Origin: an uncultured Candidatus Actinomarina sp.
Lineage (GTDB): Bacteria > Actinomycetota > Acidimicrobiia > Actinomarinales > Actinomarinaceae
Direction of reading: 5' to 3'
Assembly: GCA_902555055.1 (NCBI GenBank)
Contig: CACDQN010000005.1
Span: forward strand, 1 to 62,226
DNA: 62,226 nt
The notes below the pieces were generated by a model. That model saw only the letters and a program-made list of their open reading frames with translations. It did not search any database and was not told where the DNA came from. This document shows positions 31,156 to 40,317 of this stretch, in pieces. Position 1 is the stretch's first letter. Every line of letters starts with the position of its first letter. The position numbers and the translations under genes are program-made.

Positions 31156-32130
31156 TTAATCTATCCCTAAAGCTGTTTCAATTTCTGAAATTGTTAACTC
31201 GGCTGACTCTCTTGCCAATTTTAAATTATTTTCCAATGCGGAATCAACTTCGCTATCAGATATTTCTTCAAATCTTTCTGCAATTGGTTCTAAATAGTTA
31301 ATAACAGTTTCCGCAACAGCTAATTTAAAATCTCCATATCTAAAATCTTGAAATTGTTTTTCTGTTTCTTTTATTTCATTACCATTAATTGCAGAATAAA
31401 TTTCTATCAAATTACTAATACCTAGTTTTGATTCTAAGTCATATTTGATTTCATTTTGAGAGTCAGTAACAGACGACTTGAATTTTTTAATTATTGAATC
31501 TTTAGAATCATTAAAGTAGATTGTTCCATTAATATCATCTGAACTTTTAGACATCTTATTTTCTGGATGTCTCAAAGACATCAACCTTGCTCCGTGTTTA
31601 CCACTTGTTTTTTCAGGAATTGGAAAGATGTCACCATAATTGTTATTGAATCTCTCAGCAATATTTCTTGTAAGTTCTAAATGCTGTGTTTGGTCATCCC
31701 CTACAGGTACCTCATTTGCTTTATGAATTAATATATCTGCTGCCATCAAAATTGGATATGTTAATAGTCCGGAATGTGTGCCAAATGAATTAGATTTCTC
31801 CTTGAATTGGGTCATTCTTTGCAGCTCACCCACCTGACAAAAATTTGATAAGACCCAAGACAAATAAGCATGTTCTTTAAGATCACTCTGCACATAAATA
31901 ACAGAATTTTTCATATTAATTCCACTTGCCATTAAAACTTTTAATGTATCTCGTATACTTGTTTTCAAACTTGTTTTATCTGGTAATGCAGTTAGAGAAT
32001 GTAAATCTACGATACAGAAATAATTTTTTGATTCTTCATTTGAAAGCTTTACCCAATTATTTATTGCGCCTAATAGATTACCTAAATGAACTAAGCCACT
32101 GGGTTGAATTCCGGAAAAAACTGTTTTCAT
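31156..32130 (-). CDS. trpS: tryptophanyl-tRNA synthetase
   Basis: SGIQPSG..HLGN, VPVGDDQTQH, KMSKS. Confidence 0.96.
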   Translation of the reverse strand: MKTVFSGIQPSGLVHLGNLLGAINNWVKLSNEESKNYFCIVDLHSLTALPDKTSLKTSIRDTLKVLMASGINMKNSVIYVQSDLKEHAYLSWVLSNFCQVGELQRMTQFKEKSNSFGTHSGLLTYPILMAADILIHKANEVPVGDDQTQHLELTRNIAERFNNNYGDIFPIPEKTSGKHGARLMSLRHPENKMSKSSDDINGTIYFNDSKDSIIKKFKSSVTDSQNEIKYDLESKLGISNLIEIYSAINGNEIKETEKQFQDFRYGDFKLAVAETVINYLEPIAERFEEISDSEVDSALENNLKLARESAELTISEIETALGID

Positions 32131-33078
32131 ATCTGCTATTCTAATAAACTAAATCAAATTGGAGAGTTTTTTATCAAATCTGAAAGGCCAATATCTGCTT
32201 ATTCTGGATTGAGAAATATTATTTTAATCGGTACTCTATTTGGGTTTCATGGGTTATTAAATAGAAGTCTATTACTTGATGGCATAAGTGAAATATTTAT
32301 TGTAACTGCAAGGATTACCTTAGTTACTTTTTTAATAAGTTTATATTGTTTCAAAGAGTTCTATAGTGAGTTAAACTTGTCTTTTTTCATCAAAGGTTGT
32401 CTTACTGGATTTTTAGCAATATTTATTCCTGGATGGACTTTTATTTATGCATTAAAAAATATATCTTCAGGATTACAAAGTATATTTATATCAACTATTC
32501 CACTATTTACAGTTTTTTGGGTATTGCTATTTTTTAAAGAGGAAAAAATTACCAGAATTAAATTAGTTTCTGTATTAATTGGACTCCTAGGTTTAGTAAT
32601 TCTCTTTTTCTCAGGAGAAACAGGGCTTTCAAATGAAGGGGATCTAATTACTGGTGGCCTATTAGCTTTAGTTGGAGTTCAGGGATTAGCGCTTAGTAAT
32701 ATTACAAATAAAAAACACCTCAAATATATACCGGGAAAAACTTACCTTCTAACTCAATGGTTATTTGGTGCTGGTCTTTCCATAATTTTATTTTTTACCT
32801 TAGGAGGAAAAATTGAAATTCTTTCGTTATCAGAGTCATTGAAATTAACAGGCTTAGCTTTTATAGATATTTTTAATTATTCATTATTTTTGTACACAAT
32901 TAAAAGATTTTCTGCAACATTTACTACATTAGTTGATTACATTGTGCCTATTGTTGGAATATTAATGGGCTATATATTCTTGAATGAAGTTATAAGTAAT
33001 GTATTTTTTGTAACTTTATTATTAATTTTTATTTCTTTATATTTAGCAGTTAAAGACGAATCAAATAGTTTGTCTTAA
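32104..33078 (+). CDS. EamA/DMT-family transporter (true start probably downstream of 32130)
   Basis: About 10 hydrophobic segments, ALKNISSG...STIPLFT, FLNE. The ORF's N-terminus overlaps the trpS start. Confidence 0.82.
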   Translation: MNSGKNCFHICYSNKLNQIGEFFIKSERPISAYSGLRNIILIGTLFGFHGLLNRSLLLDGISEIFIVTARITLVTFLISLYCFKEFYSELNLSFFIKGCLTGFLAIFIPGWTFIYALKNISSGLQSIFISTIPLFTVFWVLLFFKEEKITRIKLVSVLIGLLGLVILFFSGETGLSNEGDLITGGLLALVGVQGLALSNITNKKHLKYIPGKTYLLTQWLFGAGLSIILFFTLGGKIEILSLSESLKLTGLAFIDIFNYSLFLYTIKRFSATFTTLVDYIVPIVGILMGYIFLNEVISNVFFVTLLLIFISLYLAVKDESNSLS

Positions 33079-33591
33079 ATCTAAATTTAATAACCTTCGT
33101 GTTATTTTTGCAGTTGCCCCCCACAAGATTTCATTTCCAATCATAAAGATCCAATCATCAGGATAGATGCCTCGGTAACTCCAATTATTTGGATTTGACA
33201 ACTTTTTGATTTCAACAAAAAATATTGCCTGAACTTCACTTATATTATAATTTTTAGGCTTTTCGAACAATTGGCAAACAACAGGATAAACATCAAATTT
33301 ATATTCAACAGTATCTATAGAATTTAGATAACCAAAAGGTCTAATAGCTGATACAGGCAATAAAAGTTCCTCCGTTGATTCTCTAACTGCAGTACTTACA
33401 ATATCTATATCTTCTTCTTCTCTTTTACCGCCAGGAAATGCAATTTGGCCTTTGTGTGTTGGCATTTCGTTAGATCTTTTTATGTATAGGATTTCTTTTT
33501 TATCAATAATCAAAATTGAAACTGCAGCGTAATTATTTGTAATTGCAACATGGGGAGTTTCTAACTCATGGTAATTCAGTTTTACGTTCAA
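33061..33591 (-). CDS. Nudix hydrolase (CoA pyrophosphatase-like)
   Basis: HKGQIAFPGG...AVRESTEEL, ILWGATA. Confidence 0.88.
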   Translation of the reverse strand: MNVKLNYHELETPHVAITNNYAAVSILIIDKKEILYIKRSNEMPTHKGQIAFPGGKREEEDIDIVSTAVRESTEELLLPVSAIRPFGYLNSIDTVEYKFDVYPVVCQLFEKPKNYNISEVQAIFFVEIKKLSNPNNWSYRGIYPDDWIFMIGNEILWGATAKITRRLLNLDLRQTI

Positions 33592-34305
33592 TTAATCTTT
33601 TAATCCAGCAACTAATTCCACTTTTATACCTATTGGATTTAAAACTTCCCAAGCATTAAATTTTGTGGGTGCATCAAATCCAAACCAAGTTGTGTCAACT
33701 TCAGTAAAACCTGATATAAATATCTTATCTCCATCCAAAAAGGCTGTAATAGAAAAAGGTGTATCTAATTCAATTTCTCTAATAGATAATTTTCCAACAA
33801 TAGTGTCTTCAACCTTTGAGTCAAAATCTTTATTAGGTAATACCAGTTCATCTATTCTGAATACAGCTTCAGGAAAGAGAGTAGACTGAAGCCATTGATT
33901 ATTTAAAGCTTGATCTCTAATTACACTATTACTCTTCAATGTTGAAATATCTGCTCTAATAATTAAGTTCGTGATTAAAAGACAAGAATCTGCTTGATCA
34001 CATTCAGATAAAGAAAGGGTGAACTCGCCAATTATTTCATTTGTGATTCCCTCTACAGTTTCTAATCCAGAATTCAAAAACTGTTTTGGAGCAAGATATC
34101 CAACTCTACTTTTTTCCTTAATAATTGAATAGGATATATTTTCAAATGAATCTAGTTGAAAAATTTCAATACTTGTTGTTGTTGCATCATCTTTAACTTC
34201 CATAGTCGAAGTAGGAGCTTCTGGCTCTATTACAATATTTTCTATTGCGTCATCTTGACTACAGAAACTCAGGAAAATAAATATTAAAATAGAAAATTTT
34301 TTCAT
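33592..34305 (-). CDS. YceI-family exported lipid/polyisoprenoid-binding protein
   Basis: Signal peptide, SRVGY, RDQAL...WLQSTLFPEAVF, GKLSIR. ATG at 34305 follows TAGAAT. Confidence 0.75.
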   Translation of the reverse strand: MKKFSILIFIFLSFCSQDDAIENIVIEPEAPTSTMEVKDDATTTSIEIFQLDSFENISYSIIKEKSRVGYLAPKQFLNSGLETVEGITNEIIGEFTLSLSECDQADSCLLITNLIIRADISTLKSNSVIRDQALNNQWLQSTLFPEAVFRIDELVLPNKDFDSKVEDTIVGKLSIREIELDTPFSITAFLDGDKIFISGFTEVDTTWFGFDAPTKFNAWEVLNPIGIKVELVAGLKD

Positions 34306-34356
34306 TATCAATATTCTACTTGGTTTATATTTTTTTTTAGCTTGTATCCTTTGTGA

Positions 34357-34944
34357 ATGTCAACAAAGTTTAGACAACTTCTACAAGTTTTATCAGGCAC
34401 ATCGTTAATTGGGATTGGGATTTCTTTAAATTATTTAGCTAATTTAGGTCTTGGTCCATGGGGAGTTTTCCATGATGGGCTTTCAAAAACCCTAAATATT
34501 ACCTACGGAAGAACAATTATAATAACAGGTATTGCGGTGATGCTTTTATGGATTCCATTAAAACAGAAACCAGGTGTAGGAACTATTATCGATATATTTC
34601 TAGTTGGAACTGTTGCTGATTTGATAATTCCTAATTTTCCATTATCTGAAAATATTTTTGTAAGTTTACTCCTTATTTTTTGTGGAATCATTCTTATAGG
34701 GGCAGGAACTGCCATTTATGTTGGGGGCAACTTAGGAGTAGGGCCTAGAGATGGAATAATGGTTGGGCTTGAAGATAAAGGTCTTAAAATTGGTACAGCA
34801 AGAAACATTATTGAATTACTCGCATTTTTAATAGGATGGCTTTTAGGTGGTCTTGTAGGCTATGTTACTATTCTTTTTGTGATTGGTATTGGTCCAGTGG
34901 TTCAAAAGGTTTTACCTTATGTAGACATGCGAAACAATGTTTAA
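34357..34944 (+). CDS. YczE/YitT-family membrane protein
   Basis: ANLGLGPWGVFHDG, PGVGT, LGVGPRDG. Confidence 0.85.
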   Translation: MSTKFRQLLQVLSGTSLIGIGISLNYLANLGLGPWGVFHDGLSKTLNITYGRTIIITGIAVMLLWIPLKQKPGVGTIIDIFLVGTVADLIIPNFPLSENIFVSLLLIFCGIILIGAGTAIYVGGNLGVGPRDGIMVGLEDKGLKIGTARNIIELLAFLIGWLLGGLVGYVTILFVIGIGPVVQKVLPYVDMRNNV

Positions 34945-36067
34945 ATTCATAGTTAAAGAAATAGTAACATCTATAATTTCAATTTTAATATTCCTGTTAA
35001 TAATGTTTTATGGCATCAATATCCTTATCCCAGGAGACTTTTTAACTCCACTAAGGCTAATGCTGAGCCAAGCAGAATTAGATGCGCTCAGAGAGACACT
35101 AGGTGTCAATGACCCACTTTACCAAAGATATTTTAGATGGATACTAGGTGTGTTTAACGGTGAAATTACTACTGGTGGATTTAGACAGAGGTCTGGTAAA
35201 GATATCATGTCTACAGTATTACCTACTATTCAAGTCCTAATACCATCTTTCACTTTAGCATTTTACTTATCAAGAATTCCGTCAATTAAAACTCCCATAT
35301 CAAAACTTCATAAAAATAAAATCTTTTCTGATACTTTAGCAACTCTTTTTATCAGCTTGTTTCCCCCAATTGTGTTGTTTCTTATAGATGAAAAAATTGA
35401 AAATTTTTATACTTTCATAGCTATTACTTTTGACCTTGAAAAAACTCCTGTAAGTATTCTGACAATTAGCGAAAATAAATTTGATATTATTTTACTTTTA
35501 TTTCTTTTCAGTGTGACTCTCTTCATTGTTCAATCCCTAGATGTTCTCTTAAACAATAAAATCAGAAAAAGTGGATTTGTATTTTCGATTATGATTCTTT
35601 TTTATATATTTTTATTCCAAAATGATATCTTGATTTCTGATATTATCCTAAATTCAAAAAATGCATTTAAAACAATTGGGATATTGTCAATATTTTTTGT
35701 TGGTGAATATATTCTCATTAATAATGTTATCACTCAGAATATAGCTCGAGAACCTCACATTTTAACTGCTCGAGCACTTGGCTACTCTAAACACAAAATT
35801 TATAACAAGCATATTCTAAGAAACTCTTTTGGTCCATTTGCGACAAGATTGACACTAGGTCTTCCGTATACGATTGCATCCCTGGTGATTGTTGAATCTA
35901 CTACTGGCTGGAAAGGAATGGGAAGTGTATTGTACCAATCAATCATGAACCAGGACTCCAATGCAGCTATGGGGTTATTTTTACTTTTAGCTCTCTTAAC
36001 AGCAATTTTAAGAATAACAATTTCTGTAGTTCAAGTAATAATTGACCCAAGAGTGAGGCTTAAATGA
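34937..36067 (+). CDS. peptide/nickel ABC permease (DppB-like)
   Basis: IPGD, LGVNDPLYQRY, EAA-like TARALG, HILRNS, IDPRVR. Confidence 0.85.
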   Translation: MFKFIVKEIVTSIISILIFLLIMFYGINILIPGDFLTPLRLMLSQAELDALRETLGVNDPLYQRYFRWILGVFNGEITTGGFRQRSGKDIMSTVLPTIQVLIPSFTLAFYLSRIPSIKTPISKLHKNKIFSDTLATLFISLFPPIVLFLIDEKIENFYTFIAITFDLEKTPVSILTISENKFDIILLLFLFSVTLFIVQSLDVLLNNKIRKSGFVFSIMILFYIFLFQNDILISDIILNSKNAFKTIGILSIFFVGEYILINNVITQNIAREPHILTARALGYSKHKIYNKHILRNSFGPFATRLTLGLPYTIASLVIVESTTGWKGMGSVLYQSIMNQDSNAAMGLFLLLALLTAILRITISVVQVIIDPRVRLK

Positions 36068-36939
36068 TCATTTATATACTAAAAAGCACATATAAAACAT
36101 ATCATGGAAAAATTGGTTATTTCTGTTTGGGTCTTTTAATTATTAGCAGCTTAGTTCATACTTGGCTGCTTGGAAATATCTGGCCTGAAAATATTTATGA
36201 CCCTATTGTGGGCTTCGATATAGAAATGTTTCCTCATCCCACAACACCTTCCTCTTCTCATTTTTTGGGTACAGATCCCCTTGGAAGAGACGTGTTGAGT
36301 ATGCTTATGGCAGGTTCTAGACCATTAATTCAGTTATCAATCTTTTCTTTTTTTATTGGTATTGCAACAAGTCTATTCTTTGGAACAACTATTCCATTTA
36401 TATTAAAAAGAACCGATAAAATTATAAAAGAAGTATCTTCAAGTTTGATATTGATATCTCCTCCAATAATTTTATTAATTCTTGGGACTGGAGATTTTAC
36501 AGATAAACTCTCACCCTCTCTTGTTGGGATTATTTACGGCTTTATGTCCGGACTAGGAATTTGTTATTTAGTAGTCAGGTCAAAAGTTATAGAAGTCTCA
36601 ACCCAGGAATTTATTACTGCTTCAAAACTACTGGGCGCAAGAAACTTCTATATAGCCACAAAACATATAATGCCGATTGTTGTTCCGTATTCTGTGAGTT
36701 ATATGCTTGCAAGTACTACTTATGGAATACTTGCATATGGGTTTGCTTCTTTCTATGGACAGGTAGGCTGGACTCCAAACTGGGGAATGATGATATATGA
36801 TGCGATTACCTATGGATCTTATCTTGGAGGAGTAAATTATTGGAATTTATTACCTCCAACAGTTGGATTTATATTATGTGCAAGTTCATTCTACTTTTTG
36901 AGTATTAGCGTCAAAAAACAATTTGGTATAAGTATTTGA
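36064..36939 (+). CDS. peptide/nickel ABC permease (DppC-like)
   Basis: HFLGTDPLGRDV, EFITASKLLGA, KHIMP, PNWGMMI. Confidence 0.87.
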   Translation: MIIYILKSTYKTYHGKIGYFCLGLLIISSLVHTWLLGNIWPENIYDPIVGFDIEMFPHPTTPSSSHFLGTDPLGRDVLSMLMAGSRPLIQLSIFSFFIGIATSLFFGTTIPFILKRTDKIIKEVSSSLILISPPIILLILGTGDFTDKLSPSLVGIIYGFMSGLGICYLVVRSKVIEVSTQEFITASKLLGARNFYIATKHIMPIVVPYSVSYMLASTTYGILAYGFASFYGQVGWTPNWGMMIYDAITYGSYLGGVNYWNLLPPTVGFILCASSFYFLSISVKKQFGISI

Positions 36940-36971
36940 AAACACATATGTTTGTTTCTTAGAATACAATT

Positions 36972-37700
36972 ATGTCACAAAAAATAACAGTTAAAATATT
37001 TACAAAAACTTTTATTTTGTTTCCTATTTTTATGGTTTGTGTCTTTTCTCCACTGATGATCTCGATAGTCTTAACTTCGTTTTTGCCAAAAGGAAGGCAT
37101 CTTGCAACTAAGCTATATGAATTTTTTGGATGGATTGGTTTAAAATTTGTTGGAATTAATTTAATAGTAGAAGGTGTAGAAAAAATAGACACTAATAAAA
37201 GTTATGTAGTTGTATCCAATCATCCTTCAACACTAGATATTTTTACACATATAACCGCACTTCCGGTATCTATTCGATTTTTAACTAAATCTGAATTATT
37301 TAGAATACCTATTTTTGGAAGAGTGCTTAAAGTTTTAGGATTACCAAGAATTGATAGAGAAAATGCTAGTGCAAACTTTGATAAAATAAATTACTCTATC
37401 AAAAAAGTATTAGAACATAAAAACTCGATAATGATTTTTCCCGAAGGCAAGAGAAGTAATCAGAAAGATTTACTCCCTTTCAAAAAAGGAGCTGCATTCA
37501 TTTCTAAAGATTTTAATTTACCTATCATTCCTGTAGTTTCACATAATGCTCATAATTTAATGGTTAAAGGAAAAGTTTGGCTTAAAAGTGGAGATGTTCG
37601 TATAGAAATTATGGATCCAATTGACAACCCCAATGACTATACAGTAGACGAACTTACTTCTAAATTAGAATCGATAATTAAAAAAAAATTACTCGTTTAA
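36972..37700 (+). CDS. plsC: 1-acyl-sn-glycerol-3-phosphate acyltransferase
   Basis: NHPSTLD, IFPEGKRS, PFKKGA. Confidence 0.92.
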   Translation: MSQKITVKIFTKTFILFPIFMVCVFSPLMISIVLTSFLPKGRHLATKLYEFFGWIGLKFVGINLIVEGVEKIDTNKSYVVVSNHPSTLDIFTHITALPVSIRFLTKSELFRIPIFGRVLKVLGLPRIDRENASANFDKINYSIKKVLEHKNSIMIFPEGKRSNQKDLLPFKKGAAFISKDFNLPIIPVVSHNAHNLMVKGKVWLKSGDVRIEIMDPIDNPNDYTVDELTSKLESIIKKKLLV

Positions 37701-38234
37701 AAATTTATCAATAAAAATATGTAACGATTCTAAAATTTCATTATTTTCAGTTATATCATCAAGATTTAAATGGTCAGACTTGGTAATAAGATGAAAGTTT
37801 TCAAAGACAAACAAGCCATAATTTGATAATTGCATACTCAAAATTTCGAAAGCTTTTTCTGCATTTCCACCCACTCCTTTTACAGTTGTTACAACTGCTA
37901 CGTGTTTATCTTTAAAGAGTGAGTTATATCTTCTGTCATCATAAGCTAATGAAAGCCAGTCTAAAGCATTCTTTAAATGCGCAAGGAAACCTCCGTTATA
38001 AACTGGACTAAAAATAATTAATTTATTTGATTTTTCTAAAGATTTTCTCATATTAACTATTTTTTCTGGAACATTGTCATTTGGATCAAGTAAAAATGGA
38101 ATACCCTCAAAAAGATTTTCATAAATATTATTATCAAGATTATTTTCACTCATGTGATCACTAAGATGCCTTGCTAGTTGGCTGTTGTGTGAATCTTTGC
38201 TTGTGCCAGCACTTAAAATTAATATTTTTGACAT
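37689..38234 (-). CDS. NADPH-dependent FMN reductase family protein
   Basis: SPVYNGGFLAHLKNALDWLS. Confidence 0.88.
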   Translation of the reverse strand: MSKILILSAGTSKDSHNSQLARHLSDHMSENNLDNNIYENLFEGIPFLLDPNDNVPEKIVNMRKSLEKSNKLIIFSPVYNGGFLAHLKNALDWLSLAYDDRRYNSLFKDKHVAVVTTVKGVGGNAEKAFEILSMQLSNYGLFVFENFHLITKSDHLNLDDITENNEILESLHIFIDKFLNE

Positions 38235-38262
38235 GATATAAGTATGTAATTAAATTTGTTAT

Positions 38263-38598
38263 ATGGAAAACGAAAATATAAATTTATTTTCAAAACTGGA
38301 TATTCGAGTGGGAAAGATAGTCTCAGCTGAAAAATTCAAAGAAGCGATTAAACCAGCATATATATTAACCATAGATTTTGGTTTGGATATTGGCATTAAG
38401 AAAACCAGTGCTCAAGTTACAAATTACACATTAAAAGAGCTTGAAAATAAAAACTGTATTGCTGTTATTAATCTTGGTGATAAACAAATTGGACCAATCA
38501 TGAGTCAATGTTTAGTTTTAGGTTCTATATCTCCTAATGGGGATGTACTCCTATTAAGTCCAGATACAAATGCAAAATTAGGCGATAAGATTTCTTAG
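38263..38598 (+). CDS. csaA: CsaA/Trbp111-like tRNA-binding chaperone
   Basis: LDIRVGKI, KPAY..IDFG, KKTSAQ, KQIG..MSQCLVLG. Confidence 0.9.
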   Translation: MENENINLFSKLDIRVGKIVSAEKFKEAIKPAYILTIDFGLDIGIKKTSAQVTNYTLKELENKNCIAVINLGDKQIGPIMSQCLVLGSISPNGDVLLLSPDTNAKLGDKIS

Positions 38599-39068
38599 CT
38601 TGTTTTGTTTAAAAAATAATTGGGGTTAAATGTCCCAACTCTTCGACCCAGTTTTTCACCATGATTATCGATTAATACATACGTAGGAGTGTTATAAAGT
38701 TTGTAAGTTTCTATAAATGGGTGGTCTTTCTGCTTACTTGCATTTATAGAAACAAAATATATTTTGGGGTTATTCTTCTTAAATTCATCAACTATGAATT
38801 TTGATGCTGTACATCCCAGTCAGTAATCTGAATAGAATTCAATGATTGAGTATTCATGATCAGAAAAGTTATATGAATCATCTACCATTTTTCTATTTGA
38901 AGTATAAAAAAATAGAGCATAAAATATTCCAATAACTCCAAAACTTAAAAAATAAAGTGCTGATATAGGTTCAAAAGCTATAAAAAATATTGCAAGGCCT
39001 ACAACCCAAGCAACAGGTAAATATATCAAACTATATCTGTTTAATATTTTTAAAAATTTTTTTTTCAT
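38595..39068 (-). CDS. membrane-anchored thioredoxin-fold protein with in-frame TGA at a U-x-x-C site (candidate selenoprotein, 157 aa)
   Basis: Readthrough of TGA at 38822-38820 gives ...IIEFYSDY-U-LGCTASKFIVDEFKKNNPKIYFVSINAS...YKLYNTPTYMLIDNHGEKLGRRVGTFNPNYFLNKTS*, ending at TAA 38597-38595. Confidence 0.8.
38781..38801 (-). promoter_or_regulatory. candidate bacterial SECIS hairpin
   Basis: AAAUUCAU-AGUUG-AUGAAUUU: 8-bp stem, with 26 nt between the UGA and the loop and G at loop position 2. Confidence 0.5.
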
Positions 39069-39102
39069 GACTTCGGTATCCTTCCTTATAATATACTTGA
39101 AT

Positions 39103-39513
39103 ATGGACTTCGCTAATCATTTGAAAAAAAGGGGTTACAGAATTACCAATGCTAGAGAAGTAATTTGTACAATCTTAGAAAATGCAGGACATAAACACTT
39201 TACTGTTGAGGAGCTGCACAATGAATCAATAAAGAGGGATAAAAATATTGACTTAGCAACAGTATATAGAACTTTGGAAGTGTTAGAAGATATTGATATT
39301 ATTGAGCACTCTCATCAAGTACATGGATCTGGTGTTTTTTATTTAAAGAATGAGTACTCAAACTTTCATATTATTTGTGAATTTTGTAAAAAAATTTTTG
39401 ATTTAGAAGAAAGCACTAGTAAAAAAATAAATGATTTAGTAAGAAAAGATTCTAATTTTAAGGTTATAAACAACGATTTTATATATTCAGGTCAATGTAA
39501 AAACTGTAATTGA
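39103..39513 (+). CDS. Fur-family metalloregulator, Nur-like
   Basis: GYRIT..R, ATVYRTL, HSHQVHG (Nur-type HxHxxHG) and two CxxC motifs. Start taken at ATG 39103. Confidence 0.85.
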   Translation: MDFANHLKKRGYRITNAREVICTILENAGHKHFTVEELHNESIKRDKNIDLATVYRTLEVLEDIDIIEHSHQVHGSGVFYLKNEYSNFHIICEFCKKIFDLEESTSKKINDLVRKDSNFKVINNDFIYSGQCKNCN

Positions 39514-39516
39514 TTC

Positions 39517-39543
39517 TGTTATTGCAAACTATTTGCAGTAACA
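39517..39543. promoter_or_regulatory. Nur-type operator palindrome upstream of cbiQO
   Basis: TGTTATTGCAAA-CTA-TTTGCAGTAACA, 11 of 12 positions symmetric; core TTGCAA-N5-TTGCAG. Confidence 0.7.
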
Positions 39544-39552
39544 TAATAAATT

Positions 39553-40317
39553 ATGGACACAAGTCATTCGCATCATTTAGAAATACATGGAAATTCGATA
39601 TTAAGCGAATTAAAGCCAGAACTTAAAATATTTACAACATTTTGTATTGTTTTTTCAATAGCTTTTTTAAGCCTTGAAAATAATCTTTTTATATTTTTAC
39701 AATTTTTTATAGTTTTATATTTTCTTTTTATTTCAAAAATTAAAGTTAAAACATACTTTAAAAGACTCTCAATTGATATACCTTTCATACTTTTTGCATT
39801 ATTTTTACCATTTATTAGTAAGGGTGATAATAAAGTAATGTTTGAATTCTTCTCAGTTTCTGTATATGAAACTGGTTTTAATGAGATGATATCGATTTTA
39901 ATAAAAATTACCCTTTGTGTTTCTTTGGCCATAGTTTTAACCGCAACTACATCAAATATTGAAATAATATATGGACTTCAAAAATTAAAATTGTCACCAT
40001 TATTAATATCAATTCTTTCATTTGCAATTAGATATATTGATGTATTTATTGATGAGTTCAAGCGAGTAAGAGTTGCAATGAAATCTAGAGGATATGATGA
40101 GAAAGGCATCAAAGGACTTAAGCCTATTGCTTATGCTTCTGGCGCACTCCTCATAAGAGGCTATGAAAGAGGTGAGAGGGTTTATAACTCTATGCTTTCA
40201 CGAGGGTTTACTGGTTCCATAGAGCTTAAAGAAAGAGAGTATAAATCTTCTAAATCATTACTGCTATTTTCTACAATTTCCATATGTATAACAATTATTG
40301 ATAGGGTTCTAATATGA
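39553..40317 (+). CDS. cbiQ: Co/Ni ECF transporter T component
   Basis: His-rich N-terminus, IRYIDV, AMKSRG, RGYERGERVYNSMLSRGF. Confidence 0.9.
   Translation: MDTSHSHHLEIHGNSILSELKPELKIFTTFCIVFSIAFLSLENNLFIFLQFFIVLYFLFISKIKVKTYFKRLSIDIPFILFALFLPFISKGDNKVMFEFFSVSVYETGFNEMISILIKITLCVSLAIVLTATTSNIEIIYGLQKLKLSPLLISILSFAIRYIDVFIDEFKRVRVAMKSRGYDEKGIKGLKPIAYASGALLIRGYERGERVYNSMLSRGFTGSIELKEREYKSSKSLLLFSTISICITIIDRVLI

Noticed and set aside
38820-39068. 82-aa ORF as a complete standalone protein
   Set aside because: It is better explained as the N-terminal half of the TGA-readthrough thioredoxin-like gene.
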